Origin: a virus
Strand: one strand, 5' to 3'
Virus record (IMG/VR): IMGVR_UViG_3300046683_000929
Span: 1-64,000 of that record
Length of the DNA stretch: 64,000 nucleotides
This document shows, piece after piece, positions 30,295 through 38,069 of this stretch. Numbering within the stretch: position 1 is the stretch's first letter; each line of letters opens with the position of its first letter. Both the position numbers and the translations under genes were made by a program. The notes below the pieces were generated by a model. The model ran no database searches. It was not told where the DNA came from and saw only the letters and a program-made list of their open reading frames with translations.

Positions 30295-33200
30295 TTATTG
30301 AAATAGTGACCAATCAAATGTTACCGCCCCGGTTAATCCGGCCAAATAAACGACATCAAATGTTGTAGTCGTTTTATTTGTTACATAGAATACTGCGGCG
30401 GCTACCAAGCTGGTAGGTGTAACATTCACTTTATAAGTGTTATTCGGCTGTGTACTGCCGATAGTAACCGTAAATGTTGTTGTTGCGGTTCCTGTACCTG
30501 AATAACTTGCGGCTATTGGTGTAACTATTGTATATGTTCGATTTGCTGATAAATCTTGTGTTACCCCATTAATGGTTATCGATCGCGTTCCTAATACATA
30601 ATTATTAAGCTTGGTTTGCATTCCCGCCAATGAATAACTATTAGCTACAGCTCGTACAACCGAAGTATCATTGCTCAATGTTATACTTCCTGCCCCGTTA
30701 GTTACTACTTGACCAGTGCCCGCACTTCCTGTTATGGTTTTTGCCTCCATGCCGGTAGCCCCGCTGTTAGCACCAACGATTTGATTAGCTGTTAAATCAG
30801 TGCCGTTTAATTGGAACAATCCGGTTTTTGATATCCTAAGTATATTTGACAGAGTACCCCCTAAGTCTGCCGCTGTAGATGTACCAAGTGCTAACAAATA
30901 ATCACCGCCACTCCCTGAAGTATTATAGAACGGATATGCATATAGTATTGTTGATCCTGCTGAACTGGTCTGTGAGATAGTGGGTGCCGCTCCTATCATA
31001 TATTGTCTTGATGCAGATGCATTGTAAGTACCATCAACCCCGAGTGCAGCCCCCGCGCCGCTTGTCCCTGCACCGAATTGAAATGTCGGCAATGTAGTTG
31101 GAACGGTGTTTATAGTAAAAGTTCGCCCTGAATTCAGTTTTATAGCTAATGGTCTCTGGGTTCCAGTCCCAGATGCAGCCACATTTAAAGTATATGTATT
31201 ATTTACCCATGACCATGTAGCCCTCTCCAAATTAGTTGTTTGGTCAACGGTATTATAGTGAGCAAACCCATTTCCTGTATTAGATAATGTCAGTGAATTT
31301 GTTGGGATAGTTTTTATACCCAGCCAAGAATTAACCTCGTCAAATTGAGTTGTTTGAGCCGACCCAAAATATACTTTACCCTTAGTCGCATTTGCAGTTG
31401 ATGTCAATGTTAAGTTTTCACTTGCGCTTGCCCCTCCTATTACTGTTTGTGATCCCGCTAATCCTGTAAGCAATGTATTACTTTGATCTAAAATAAATTT
31501 AAATGTCTCGTTTTTGCCACCTTGCTGAATTTTAACAGCATCGGTTATTGAATAGTATTCCTTTAAATGTCCAGCCTCATTTAAATGGGTACCATCCACT
31601 AAGTCGGTTGAAACTATAGACACGCTAATTGTTTTACCTGGATAAGATGATGCAAGATGAGACGCCATAGACGTTTGATCCAATGCAGGTTCATATAGTG
31701 GCATAATGTGGAATACCTTGATACCATGCGCTACTAATGAATCAACGAACCTATCATAATTAGCATTACGTGTTGCAGGTAATACCCCGCCCCTATCATC
31801 GTTACTTGAAAACGACAATACGGCATATTTAGGATTGATTGCTAATGTTTCATTGATTAAAGTTAGCATGTCTGCTGTAGTATTACCTCTGCCAGCTTCT
31901 ACTACCACACTATTATTCGTAATTCCTAATAATGTAGCTACGTTCGAGGTAATGAATTGTGTTCCAAACCTAATCTTACTATCCCCTATCAAGGCTACAT
32001 TTGGATTTTTAATTTCTCTGCTTGTAATGGTAATAGACGTAATTTTAAAAGCCCCTCCGAGGTTATATAGCGAAAACTGGCCCATGTTTGGTTGATATAT
32101 GCCAGCACTGCCATTAAATTTCATGGTAACAGTTGCTGATACATACGCGGAACCCGTTGTAATATTCCTAATAGAAACTGTAAATTTATTTATAAATCGC
32201 TCAACAACTAATTCAACCGAATCATTTACTGACCAGGTTAGTGCGGTTGTTGATGTTGTTAGAGTTGGATACAGGTTAGTAATATCACCCCCAACAAGGC
32301 TTACTTGCCCAGACGCTGCGTTGCTCGTCATGTCAAACTTTCCTGCTATATTTATCTTACCAGTCCCAGAGTACGTGCTCTGGGTACCGAAAGCAAAACC
32401 ATAGGATGTTGCAGATTTTTCTAAAACAACCCCTTTTATTACTGCTCTATACTTTTCCAGTGCTGTATTCCCAGTAACTTGTAATTGCTTGACAAAGGTA
32501 TTATCTCCGCTACCTGTGGCGAAATTTAGCGTGCCTCCACTAACGGTTACGCCACTTGATACATCGGTAAACCCGCTTGTTGAGGTGAATGTACCTCTAT
32601 TAAATATCTGGCCTAAAAAATGTTCTGTTTTAGAGGTATCCTGTTTTAGTGAGGCGATACTGTCTGTTTGTGTCCCTGTTATCAGCGTCCCCGATGTAGC
32701 CGGCATATATAAATCTATATTAGATGATACTGTCGAACCAGTTATTTTAGGATACAATTTCACCTCGTAATTGCTTATTGGGTCTCTGTAACCGAAATAA
32801 CTTGATCTATATACAGACAAATTTCCGGTATTATCAGTTACAGTAACCGCTTGCGGCTCCAACGCGCCTGTTCCACTGCCATTACTAACATATAGGCCTA
32901 CACTAAGATTGCCGGTTCCAGCAGTTATTGTTCTCCCAATAAAATCGTGAGTTCCTAAGTTCAAGTCGGTTGTCGCCCCTGTATACGGAACATACAGACT
33001 TAGGTTCGGTGCATATGTTGCGATTAAACTCTTTACTCCACCAACGTCAGTTATAGCCCTGTCATTAGCCAATTGAGCGGCAGTGTTATCCTTTGAGTAT
33101 ATAAGTCCTATATTATCAACGTCATCAACAACAGATAATCCCGTGCCCTCATAGGTTATATCCAATGCTTTATACTTATTAACCGAACTTATCTTCTTCA

Positions 33201-33753
33201 TTGTACCAATGAATGCCCGGGCCGTATTGGTGCTATTCCCCTGGATAAACATCTGTGCATTTCTATTAATGCCGGCGCTTGTGATAAAATATGCCTGCCC
33301 ATTATCAAATTGAAACTCTGAAAAAGTAGTAAAATCAGATTTGTAGGCCGAAAGATTCCAACTATAATCCCCAACTGTTTTTGTTACTCCAGATGTTAAC
33401 GTGCCGCCGTCCTGTATATCATTGACAACTTTTGTCAAACCATTGGACGCCGTATAAACAGCAGCAGATGGCAATATGGCCAAACTGCCATCTCCCCTAA
33501 TATATTGTGAGGTTGTGCCTGCCGGATGCGGATAATAGCCCAATAGAATGTTAGTGAGCTGCGTGCTGGAAATTGGCTGCCACCATTTATAAGTTGCCCC
33601 ATTCCAAATAAAATACTTATTTGTAGATGGCTCAAAATCAAATTCAACAGTAGTCAATTTAATAGGAGAAACAGGTGGAACTACCGGAGGGCTTACTTGT
33701 CCTGAAACCTGTAAACAAATAAATAAAGATAGAATAAAAAGTGCTTTTTTCAT
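30295..33753 (-). CDS. Fibre/spike-like protein with SGNH/GDSL hydrolase domain and N-terminal signal peptide
   Basis: Thr/Gly/Ser-rich beta segments; GDS (block I), G, N-D, DGTHLN (block V); fibre-like motifs YVPYTGAT and RSITINGVTQDLSANRTY. Confidence 0.7.
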   Translation of the reverse strand: MKKALFILSLFICLQVSGQVSPPVVPPVSPIKLTTVEFDFEPSTNKYFIWNGATYKWWQPISSTQLTNILLGYYPHPAGTTSQYIRGDGSLAILPSAAVYTASNGLTKVVNDIQDGGTLTSGVTKTVGDYSWNLSAYKSDFTTFSEFQFDNGQAYFITSAGINRNAQMFIQGNSTNTARAFIGTMKKISSVNKYKALDITYEGTGLSVVDDVDNIGLIYSKDNTAAQLANDRAITDVGGVKSLIATYAPNLSLYVPYTGATTDLNLGTHDFIGRTITAGTGNLSVGLYVSNGSGTGALEPQAVTVTDNTGNLSVYRSSYFGYRDPISNYEVKLYPKITGSTVSSNIDLYMPATSGTLITGTQTDSIASLKQDTSKTEHFLGQIFNRGTFTSTSGFTDVSSGVTVSGGTLNFATGSGDNTFVKQLQVTGNTALEKYRAVIKGVVLEKSATSYGFAFGTQSTYSGTGKINIAGKFDMTSNAASGQVSLVGGDITNLYPTLTTSTTALTWSVNDSVELVVERFINKFTVSIRNITTGSAYVSATVTMKFNGSAGIYQPNMGQFSLYNLGGAFKITSITITSREIKNPNVALIGDSKIRFGTQFITSNVATLLGITNNSVVVEAGRGNTTADMLTLINETLAINPKYAVLSFSSNDDRGGVLPATRNANYDRFVDSLVAHGIKVFHIMPLYEPALDQTSMASHLASSYPGKTISVSIVSTDLVDGTHLNEAGHLKEYYSITDAVKIQQGGKNETFKFILDQSNTLLTGLAGSQTVIGGASASENLTLTSTANATKGKVYFGSAQTTQFDEVNSWLGIKTIPTNSLTLSNTGNGFAHYNTVDQTTNLERATWSWVNNTYTLNVAASGTGTQRPLAIKLNSGRTFTINTVPTTLPTFQFGAGTSGAGAALGVDGTYNASASRQYMIGAAPTISQTSSAGSTILYAYPFYNTSGSGGDYLLALGTSTAADLGGTLSNILRISKTGLFQLNGTDLTANQIVGANSGATGMEAKTITGSAGTGQVVTNGAGSITLSNDTSVVRAVANSYSLAGMQTKLNNYVLGTRSITINGVTQDLSANRTYTIVTPIAASYSGTGTATTTFTVTIGSTQPNNTYKVNVTPTSLVAAAVFYVTNKTTTTFDVVYLAGLTGAVTFDWSLFQ

Positions 33754-35024
33754 GGCTGTGGTCCAACTATAACGTCAAATGTATTATCGGGTAATATATA
33801 TCCAAATGTTCTAAACATCTTATTTCTCCAAAAATATCTTACTCCTAAATCCCTATATGAATTTTTAGTCGTATCTAATATATAACCCAAATCTGTAAAC
33901 TTGTAAGTATTTCCATTCCTAAGATCGAAGATTAAGTTGTCAGACCCGCTAAAATTTATATTTGTAAAGGTGGCATTATCTTGAGACCAAGCTGCATAAC
34001 CATAAGGCTTAGCTCCCCTAAATTTTATCAATGAGGTATCAGAAGCAAGATTAAATGTTAAAGGATGAGACATAGAACCCTTTCCTCCGGGTGCATCAGA
34101 GTAATTTGTAGTGTTTACCGTAATAGTATCGCCACGCCTCACTACAGACACATCCACTGTTACGCCAGACCAGGCAGCAGTCGTTTGATAAACCCCAGCG
34201 CTACCATTCACTATTGTTCGCTGTGTTGGCAGATTATAATCATAATAAACAATATAAGATTTTGAAACATTCTGCCTTTCCCTTATCAATGTTAATGTGT
34301 GTTGCCTGGGAATAAGACTGTCTGTTACATTTACTTTATATGTATTGGGATCTAACCCATATGCCTGATTAGGAATCATATGAAGGCTGTCTTCCATAAA
34401 AGCAATTACAGTACCTATAAAATCATTGTCTCCACTGGCTGCCGATAACGTTAAAGTATGAACATAATTTGAAAAGCCTTTGGGCGATATAAAACCGACA
34501 AAGGAACCTGTATTAAGTGTGGATTTTACCGCATTAGTTACGGTGTCGAAAATCCAACTATTAGTAGCATCAACCCTTACTGGCATCTGTCCATTTATAA
34601 GTATTCCACCACTGGAAGATGGACTCCCTCCGTGAGCAAATCTTTTGAATGAATTAAATATTTGCAATTGAGTTGCTGATCCTGAAGCAAAGGCACTATC
34701 TTTTTGACTATCCGTATAGATAAACTGCCCATAAACTAATGGCTCTACAGGTAAATAATTATTTGAATTGTTGCCAGATGCCGCCAATGTCTGCCCGCTT
34801 AATCCAATCGGCAGAGAAGGCCTGGCATTAATAAATTTATCGATTTGATACCTATCATAAAATCCGATATATGCATTAGGCCCGCTACCTCCACCAATCC
34901 TTCTTAAAGTATCATCCCCTCTTTTTTGCCATTGAATAGTATTGCCAAACCCATACCATACCTGCGCATGGCCTAAACTTGCGAAAAGCATCAATAATGC
35001 TACGAACGTTATTCTCTTCATCAT
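33750..35024 (-). CDS. Beta-rich protein with signal peptide (possible receptor-binding/lectin-like)
   Basis: MMKRITFVALLMLFASLGHA-Q; DNDFIG motif in a beta-rich domain. Confidence 0.55.
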   Translation of the reverse strand: MMKRITFVALLMLFASLGHAQVWYGFGNTIQWQKRGDDTLRRIGGGSGPNAYIGFYDRYQIDKFINARPSLPIGLSGQTLAASGNNSNNYLPVEPLVYGQFIYTDSQKDSAFASGSATQLQIFNSFKRFAHGGSPSSSGGILINGQMPVRVDATNSWIFDTVTNAVKSTLNTGSFVGFISPKGFSNYVHTLTLSAASGDNDFIGTVIAFMEDSLHMIPNQAYGLDPNTYKVNVTDSLIPRQHTLTLIRERQNVSKSYIVYYDYNLPTQRTIVNGSAGVYQTTAAWSGVTVDVSVVRRGDTITVNTTNYSDAPGGKGSMSHPLTFNLASDTSLIKFRGAKPYGYAAWSQDNATFTNINFSGSDNLIFDLRNGNTYKFTDLGYILDTTKNSYRDLGVRYFWRNKMFRTFGYILPDNTFDVIVGPQP

Positions 35025-35680
35025 ATTACTGTAACTATTATATCCTGTGGTGTACTTGTGTCAAACCCATAAAGACCGGCAGGAGTAACAGATTTATCAT
35101 ACTGGGTATTTACACTCTTGCCATTTGACATTGTCAGAATAGGCCTCCTGTTCACCAGTAGGGCGTTCGGAAGGTAAAGACTGCCAAAGCCATCATCCAA
35201 TAAATTCGAAGCGGTAAAAGTCAAATCTACCGGGCCCGTTGTTGGAGGAATCCCGGAAGGTACCTGCCCGGATATTTGCAAGAAACCATTCGTGCCCCTG
35301 CTGAAGTCAAACGAAATACTCAGAATATCTTTTGTTTCGTCGTCATCCTCATAAGTAATATTTGGCACCGCACCGAAATCTCCCTGAGCTGGGCCGCCCG
35401 GCAAATCATAAATAAACAGCCAGGGATTGTTGCCGTAGAGAGGGTAGTAATTATCGTGGTAATTATCCAGAACTAAGCTCGGGCTATCATCTGTAGTTAC
35501 AAAGGAGATCTTATCACTATTGAAATAAACTACACGATTTGCGATATTAAGAAATAAGTCAGCCAACTCCCACCAACAATCTGTTTCATCCTGTAGACTT
35601 ATGGAATTTGGTCGCGTTTTTATAAGTATTTTGGTTCTCACCCTTTCCTTATACGCGGCAATATCACTTGCTAAACTCAT
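35021..35680 (-). CDS. Putative virion/tail protein
   Basis: 219-aa ORF, co-transcribed with the fibre genes. Confidence 0.55.
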   Translation of the reverse strand: MSLASDIAAYKERVRTKILIKTRPNSISLQDETDCWWELADLFLNIANRVVYFNSDKISFVTTDDSPSLVLDNYHDNYYPLYGNNPWLFIYDLPGGPAQGDFGAVPNITYEDDDETKDILSISFDFSRGTNGFLQISGQVPSGIPPTTGPVDLTFTASNLLDDGFGSLYLPNALLVNRRPILTMSNGKSVNTQYDKSVTPAGLYGFDTSTPQDIIVTVI

Positions 35681-35693
35681 TTCCTAAAATATT

Positions 35694-35996
35694 TTATACG
35701 AAACTTTTAACCCACTGCTTAACATGGATATGTGCACCGCTGCAATTGGCACATTCATCCGCGCACTTTTGAAGATATTCCCACTGGTGTATATTGATTG
35801 TGCCGTATTCAATGCCTTCAAATTCAATGAAAAAACCTGTAACCATTTTGTATTTATTCTCTTGAGGATACCAGGCTCTTTCACTTTTTTCACCTATGAC
35901 TTTGGCTGTATTGCAGTCCACGAAGAGTAAAACTGGACAAGGAAGTAATTCACCATCCTTATATATTATAGGGAATTCTATTAATGCCTTAGCCAT
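35694..35996 (-). CDS. Hypothetical Cys-containing protein
   Basis: 100-aa ORF. Confidence 0.6.
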   Translation of the reverse strand: MAKALIEFPIIYKDGELLPCPVLLFVDCNTAKVIGEKSERAWYPQENKYKMVTGFFIEFEGIEYGTINIHQWEYLQKCADECANCSGAHIHVKQWVKSFV

Positions 35997-36052
35997 ATAG
36001 GCATTAAAGATAAAACTTATTTTCGGATTCTCTAAAATATTTTATTTAACGC

Positions 36053-36088
36053 AAAAAAGCCAGGATGCTTTTAACTATCCTGGCTTTT
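36053..36088 (-). terminator. Intrinsic terminator closing the RNA island
   Basis: Minus strand GCCAGGAT..ATCCTGGC followed by TTTTTT. Confidence 0.75.
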
Positions 36089-36123
36089 GCCCTCCGCATA
36101 CCCAGTGCACTGATGTTAGCGGC

Positions 36124-36230
36124 AAAACAATTTATCAAAGTTTGTATCCTACCCCCTAAACGACCGCGTCACCCAATCACAGATACATAGCAGGCCGGGA
36201 TCGAACCGGCGTCTCAAACTTTAATGTCCT
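36124..36230 (-). ncRNA. Circularly permuted tRNA-like RNA (YrlA/Y-RNA-like) B
   Basis: 5' stem TTAAAGTTTG, AGAC, T-arm GCCGG-TTCGATC-CCGGC, loop-closed acceptor CTGC..GCGG, TC, D-arm GTTT-AGGGGGTA-GGAT, A, 3' stem CAAACTTTGA; no anticodon loop. Confidence 0.7.
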
Positions 36231-36408
36231 AAGTACCATACCAGCAGTCTCTCAACTACTGGCTGCCTTCGCCGGGATATCTGTCGCATTAGTTTTCTAA
36301 TCCCTATAACACAACTTGCTAAAGCATTTTCCCTTTTGTTGGGGCCAGCGGTTTACTGGCCCCATTTGCATCTACTCTGTTTCCGTAATAACGGGTTCTG
36401 TATATCGG

Positions 36409-36474
36409 GGTATGTTCTAACCATTCTTGAACTATTAGCCTAAACCAAACGGGGATCGAAACCCGTATCTTACC
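36409..36474 (-). ncRNA. Circularly permuted tRNA-like RNA (YrlA/Y-RNA-like) A
   Basis: GGTA, AGAT, T-arm ACGGG-TTTCGATC-CCCGT, closed acceptor TTGGT-ttag-GCTAA, TA, D-arm GTTC-AAGAATGGTTA-GAAC, A, TACC. Confidence 0.6.
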
Positions 36475-36670
36475 ATCTTCTTGAAGCTGACTTATTAAGG
36501 ATTACCCATGCAGCTATATGTTTTAGCGAACTTAAAGAGAGTAATAAATTACCACGAACTTAAGCCGCTTTTTTTCATTTTAAGAAAGAGTAGCCAACCT
36601 CGCGTCAACTACCCTTCAACCTAAACCTTATCACAATTAATTACCTTGGCAGGTAATTCCTATTGAGACT

Positions 36671-36678
36671 CAAACATA
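36671..36678 (-). promoter_or_regulatory. Bacteroidota -7 promoter element for the ncRNA block
   Basis: TATGTTTG on the minus strand, in an AT-rich spacer after tRNA-Tyr. Confidence 0.5.
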
Positions 36679-36722
36679 AAGTTTATTTTTTAAAATAAAA
36701 AATATAAATGAAAATAAATTTG

Positions 36723-36806
36723 TCCAATGGATAGGATTCGAACCTATTAAGCCGCAAAGCAATGGATTTACAGTCCATCCCAATTCACCGTCATTGGAGC
36801 CAAAGG
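36723..36806 (-). tRNA. tRNA-Tyr(GUA), atypical acceptor stem
   Basis: ATGGA-CTGTAAA-TCCAT anticodon arm, long variable arm, ATAGG-TTCGAAT-CCTAT T-arm; acceptor CCTTTGG/CCATTGG has two mismatches. Confidence 0.75.
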
Positions 36807-36816
36807 ATATTAAGAG

Positions 36817-36899
36817 CGGAGAGTATAGGACTCGAACCCTGCGCTTACACGCCGCGCCTGTTTTCAAGACAGGATGTTCACCAATGAACGCTACTCTCC
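36817..36899 (-). tRNA. tRNA-Ser(UGA)
   Basis: GGAGAGT/ACTCTCC acceptor, CCTGT-CTTGAAA-ACAGG anticodon arm, G73; T-stem imperfect. Confidence 0.85.
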
Positions 36900-36905
36900 A
36901 AGTTG

Positions 36906-36988
36906 CGGAAAATCTGGGATTCGAACCCAGGCAACCTTTCGGTTGTACAGATTAGCAATCTGCTGCCTTACCACTCAGCCAACTTTCC
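36906..36988 (-). tRNA. tRNA-Ser(GCU)
   Basis: GCAGA-TTGCTAA-TCTGT anticodon arm, long variable arm, canonical T-arm, G73. Confidence 0.93.
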
Positions 36989-36992
36989 TTTG

Positions 36993-37073
36993 TACCCCAT
37001 CCCGGACTCGAACCGGGACGCCGAAGCATAAGATTTTAAGTCTTACGTGTCCTACCAATTTCACCAATGGGGC
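36993..37073 (-). tRNA. tRNA-Leu(UAA)
   Basis: TAAGA-CTTAAAA-TCTTA anticodon arm, canonical cloverleaf, A73. Confidence 0.93.
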
Positions 37074-37076
37074 ATG

Positions 37077-37150
37077 TAGCCTGCCTCAGACTCGAACTGA
37101 GAACATCTTGATCCTAAATCAAGCGTGTCTGCCAATTGCGCCAGCAGGCC
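37077..37150 (-). tRNA. tRNA-Leu(UAG), short variable loop
   Basis: CTTGA-TTTAGGA-TCAAG anticodon arm, 5-nt variable region ATGTT, A73. Confidence 0.9.
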
Positions 37151-37152
37151 AT

Positions 37153-37186
37153 AAAAAAAGCCCCTTGATTTTGTCAAGAGGCTTTT
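37153..37186 (-). terminator. Attenuator terminator immediately 5' of the tRNA array
   Basis: GCCTCTTGA-caaaa-TCAAGGGGC plus T7, ending 2 nt before tRNA-Leu(UAG). Confidence 0.85.
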
Positions 37187-37206
37187 AAAAACTTTCATTT
37201 ATAAAT

Positions 37207-37281
37207 CTAATCCATAGGATGCCTCTTTGCGTCGTATAACGAATAACTTAACAAGAGACTATATAGATTTTTATTTTTCAT
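37207..37281 (-). CDS. Leader peptide MKNKNLYSLLLSYSLYDAKRHPMD (putative attenuator)
   Basis: ATG AAA AAT AAA AAT CTA TAT AGT CTC TTG TTA AGT TAT TCG TTA TAC GAC GCA AAG AGG CAT CCT ATG GAT TAG; contains AAGAGGC, complementary to the terminator 5' arm. Confidence 0.8.
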   Translation of the reverse strand: MKNKNLYSLLLSYSLYDAKRHPMD

Positions 37282-37364
37282 ATTAAAACATCAATGGCAA
37301 CAAGCGATAGTATCTTTATTTTTCTACCAACGAAGTAAGGTACATCTACGGCACATCGATATCA

Positions 37365-37372
37365 CAAAAGTA
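37365..37372 (-). promoter_or_regulatory. Bacteroidota -7 promoter element for the leader/tRNA operon
   Basis: TACTTTTG matches TAnnTTTG, about 85 nt upstream of the leader ATG. Confidence 0.55.
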
Positions 37373-37410
37373 AACTAATTTTTTAAAATAAAAAATGTAA
37401 TTCAAAATAA

Positions 37411-37438
37411 AACTGGCCGACATTAATGTCGGCCAGTT
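37411..37438 (-). terminator. Intrinsic terminator
   Basis: Perfect AACTGGCCGACA/TGTCGGCCAGTT stem with a T-rich tail on the minus strand. Confidence 0.75.
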
Positions 37439-37445
37439 AATTGCC

Positions 37446-37577
37446 GTGGTAAGGTGCTGCAATGGTTCCCATGTAGTACATCCAGCCGCGCTCTCTTTAG
37501 CTACGCTCTCCAGTTAAAGTCTTAGGATTATGACGGCTTAGATGCATCTACTTATATATATGCATTGAGGTTACCAC
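37446..37577 (-). ncRNA. Putative rod-like structured RNA
   Basis: Nested pairings GTGGTAA/TTACCAC, CAATG/CATTG, GTAG/CTAC, TGCATCT/GGATGTA, AGCCG/CGGCT. Confidence 0.45.
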
Positions 37578-37578
37578 T

Positions 37579-38010
37579 TTAGCCAACAGATAAATCTTTT
37601 GCTTTCGAAACTTTACTTTTCGCCTCGACTCTTGCTTGTGTGGCAAGCTCCAAATAACGCTTTGCGTCATTAAGTAAATCATCGGCCTCTTTTAATAACT
37701 GCTTCTTAATAGATATAAAGTCTTTCACATAGCCGAGTTTTTGATAAACTTCGTATTCATCAAGAAACATGAAATGATATCCAGCTGGATTAGCCGAAAA
37801 ATGAGTTACACTGCCCCTATCTTGCATAGGCCCATGATCTGGCACTATCTTAATGTTGGCACACACAGAACTCCATGGCCGGGTAATTAAAGCCACGCAA
37901 ACATCGGCACCATTGCTTCGAGCAGCTGAATCATCTGGATTTGGAAAGAAAATGACAGTTTCGCCAAGTTTTGGCATGCGTTCGCTGAACGCTTGAGAAT
38001 TATTTTCCAC
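37579..38010 (-). CDS. Hypothetical protein
   Basis: Probable GTG start (VENNSQ); PKLGETVIF motif and coiled-coil C-terminus. Confidence 0.65.
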   Translation of the reverse strand: MENNSQAFSERMPKLGETVIFFPNPDDSAARSNGADVCVALITRPWSSVCANIKIVPDHGPMQDRGSVTHFSANPAGYHFMFLDEYEVYQKLGYVKDFISIKKQLLKEADDLLNDAKRYLELATQARVEAKSKVSKAKDLSVG

Positions 38011-38069
38011 TTTTTTAATTTTAAAGTCCCCGCAACATCGCGGATATTTAGTCAAATATATAAAATATT

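Noticed and set aside
36185-36215. T-arm resembling the 3' end of tmRNA (including a permuted two-piece tmRNA)
   Set aside because: There is no matching 7-bp acceptor with G3-U70, no CCA and no tag ORF; a paired D-arm follows, which fits a permuted tRNA mimic better.
36400-36441. 5' half of an intron-split tRNA-Ile(GAU)
   Set aside because: The anticodon loop is incomplete, no group I core was recognised, and the matching T-arm lies upstream rather than downstream.
36817-37150. tRNAs with anticodons written TGA/TAA/TAG as stop suppressors or evidence of genetic-code reassignment
   Set aside because: These anticodons read UCA, UUA and CUA. Genes are long and tightly packed under the standard code and use all three stops.
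36670-37188. ORFs 36670-36867 (-) and 36874-37188 (+)
   Set aside because: They overlap tRNA genes and are spurious.
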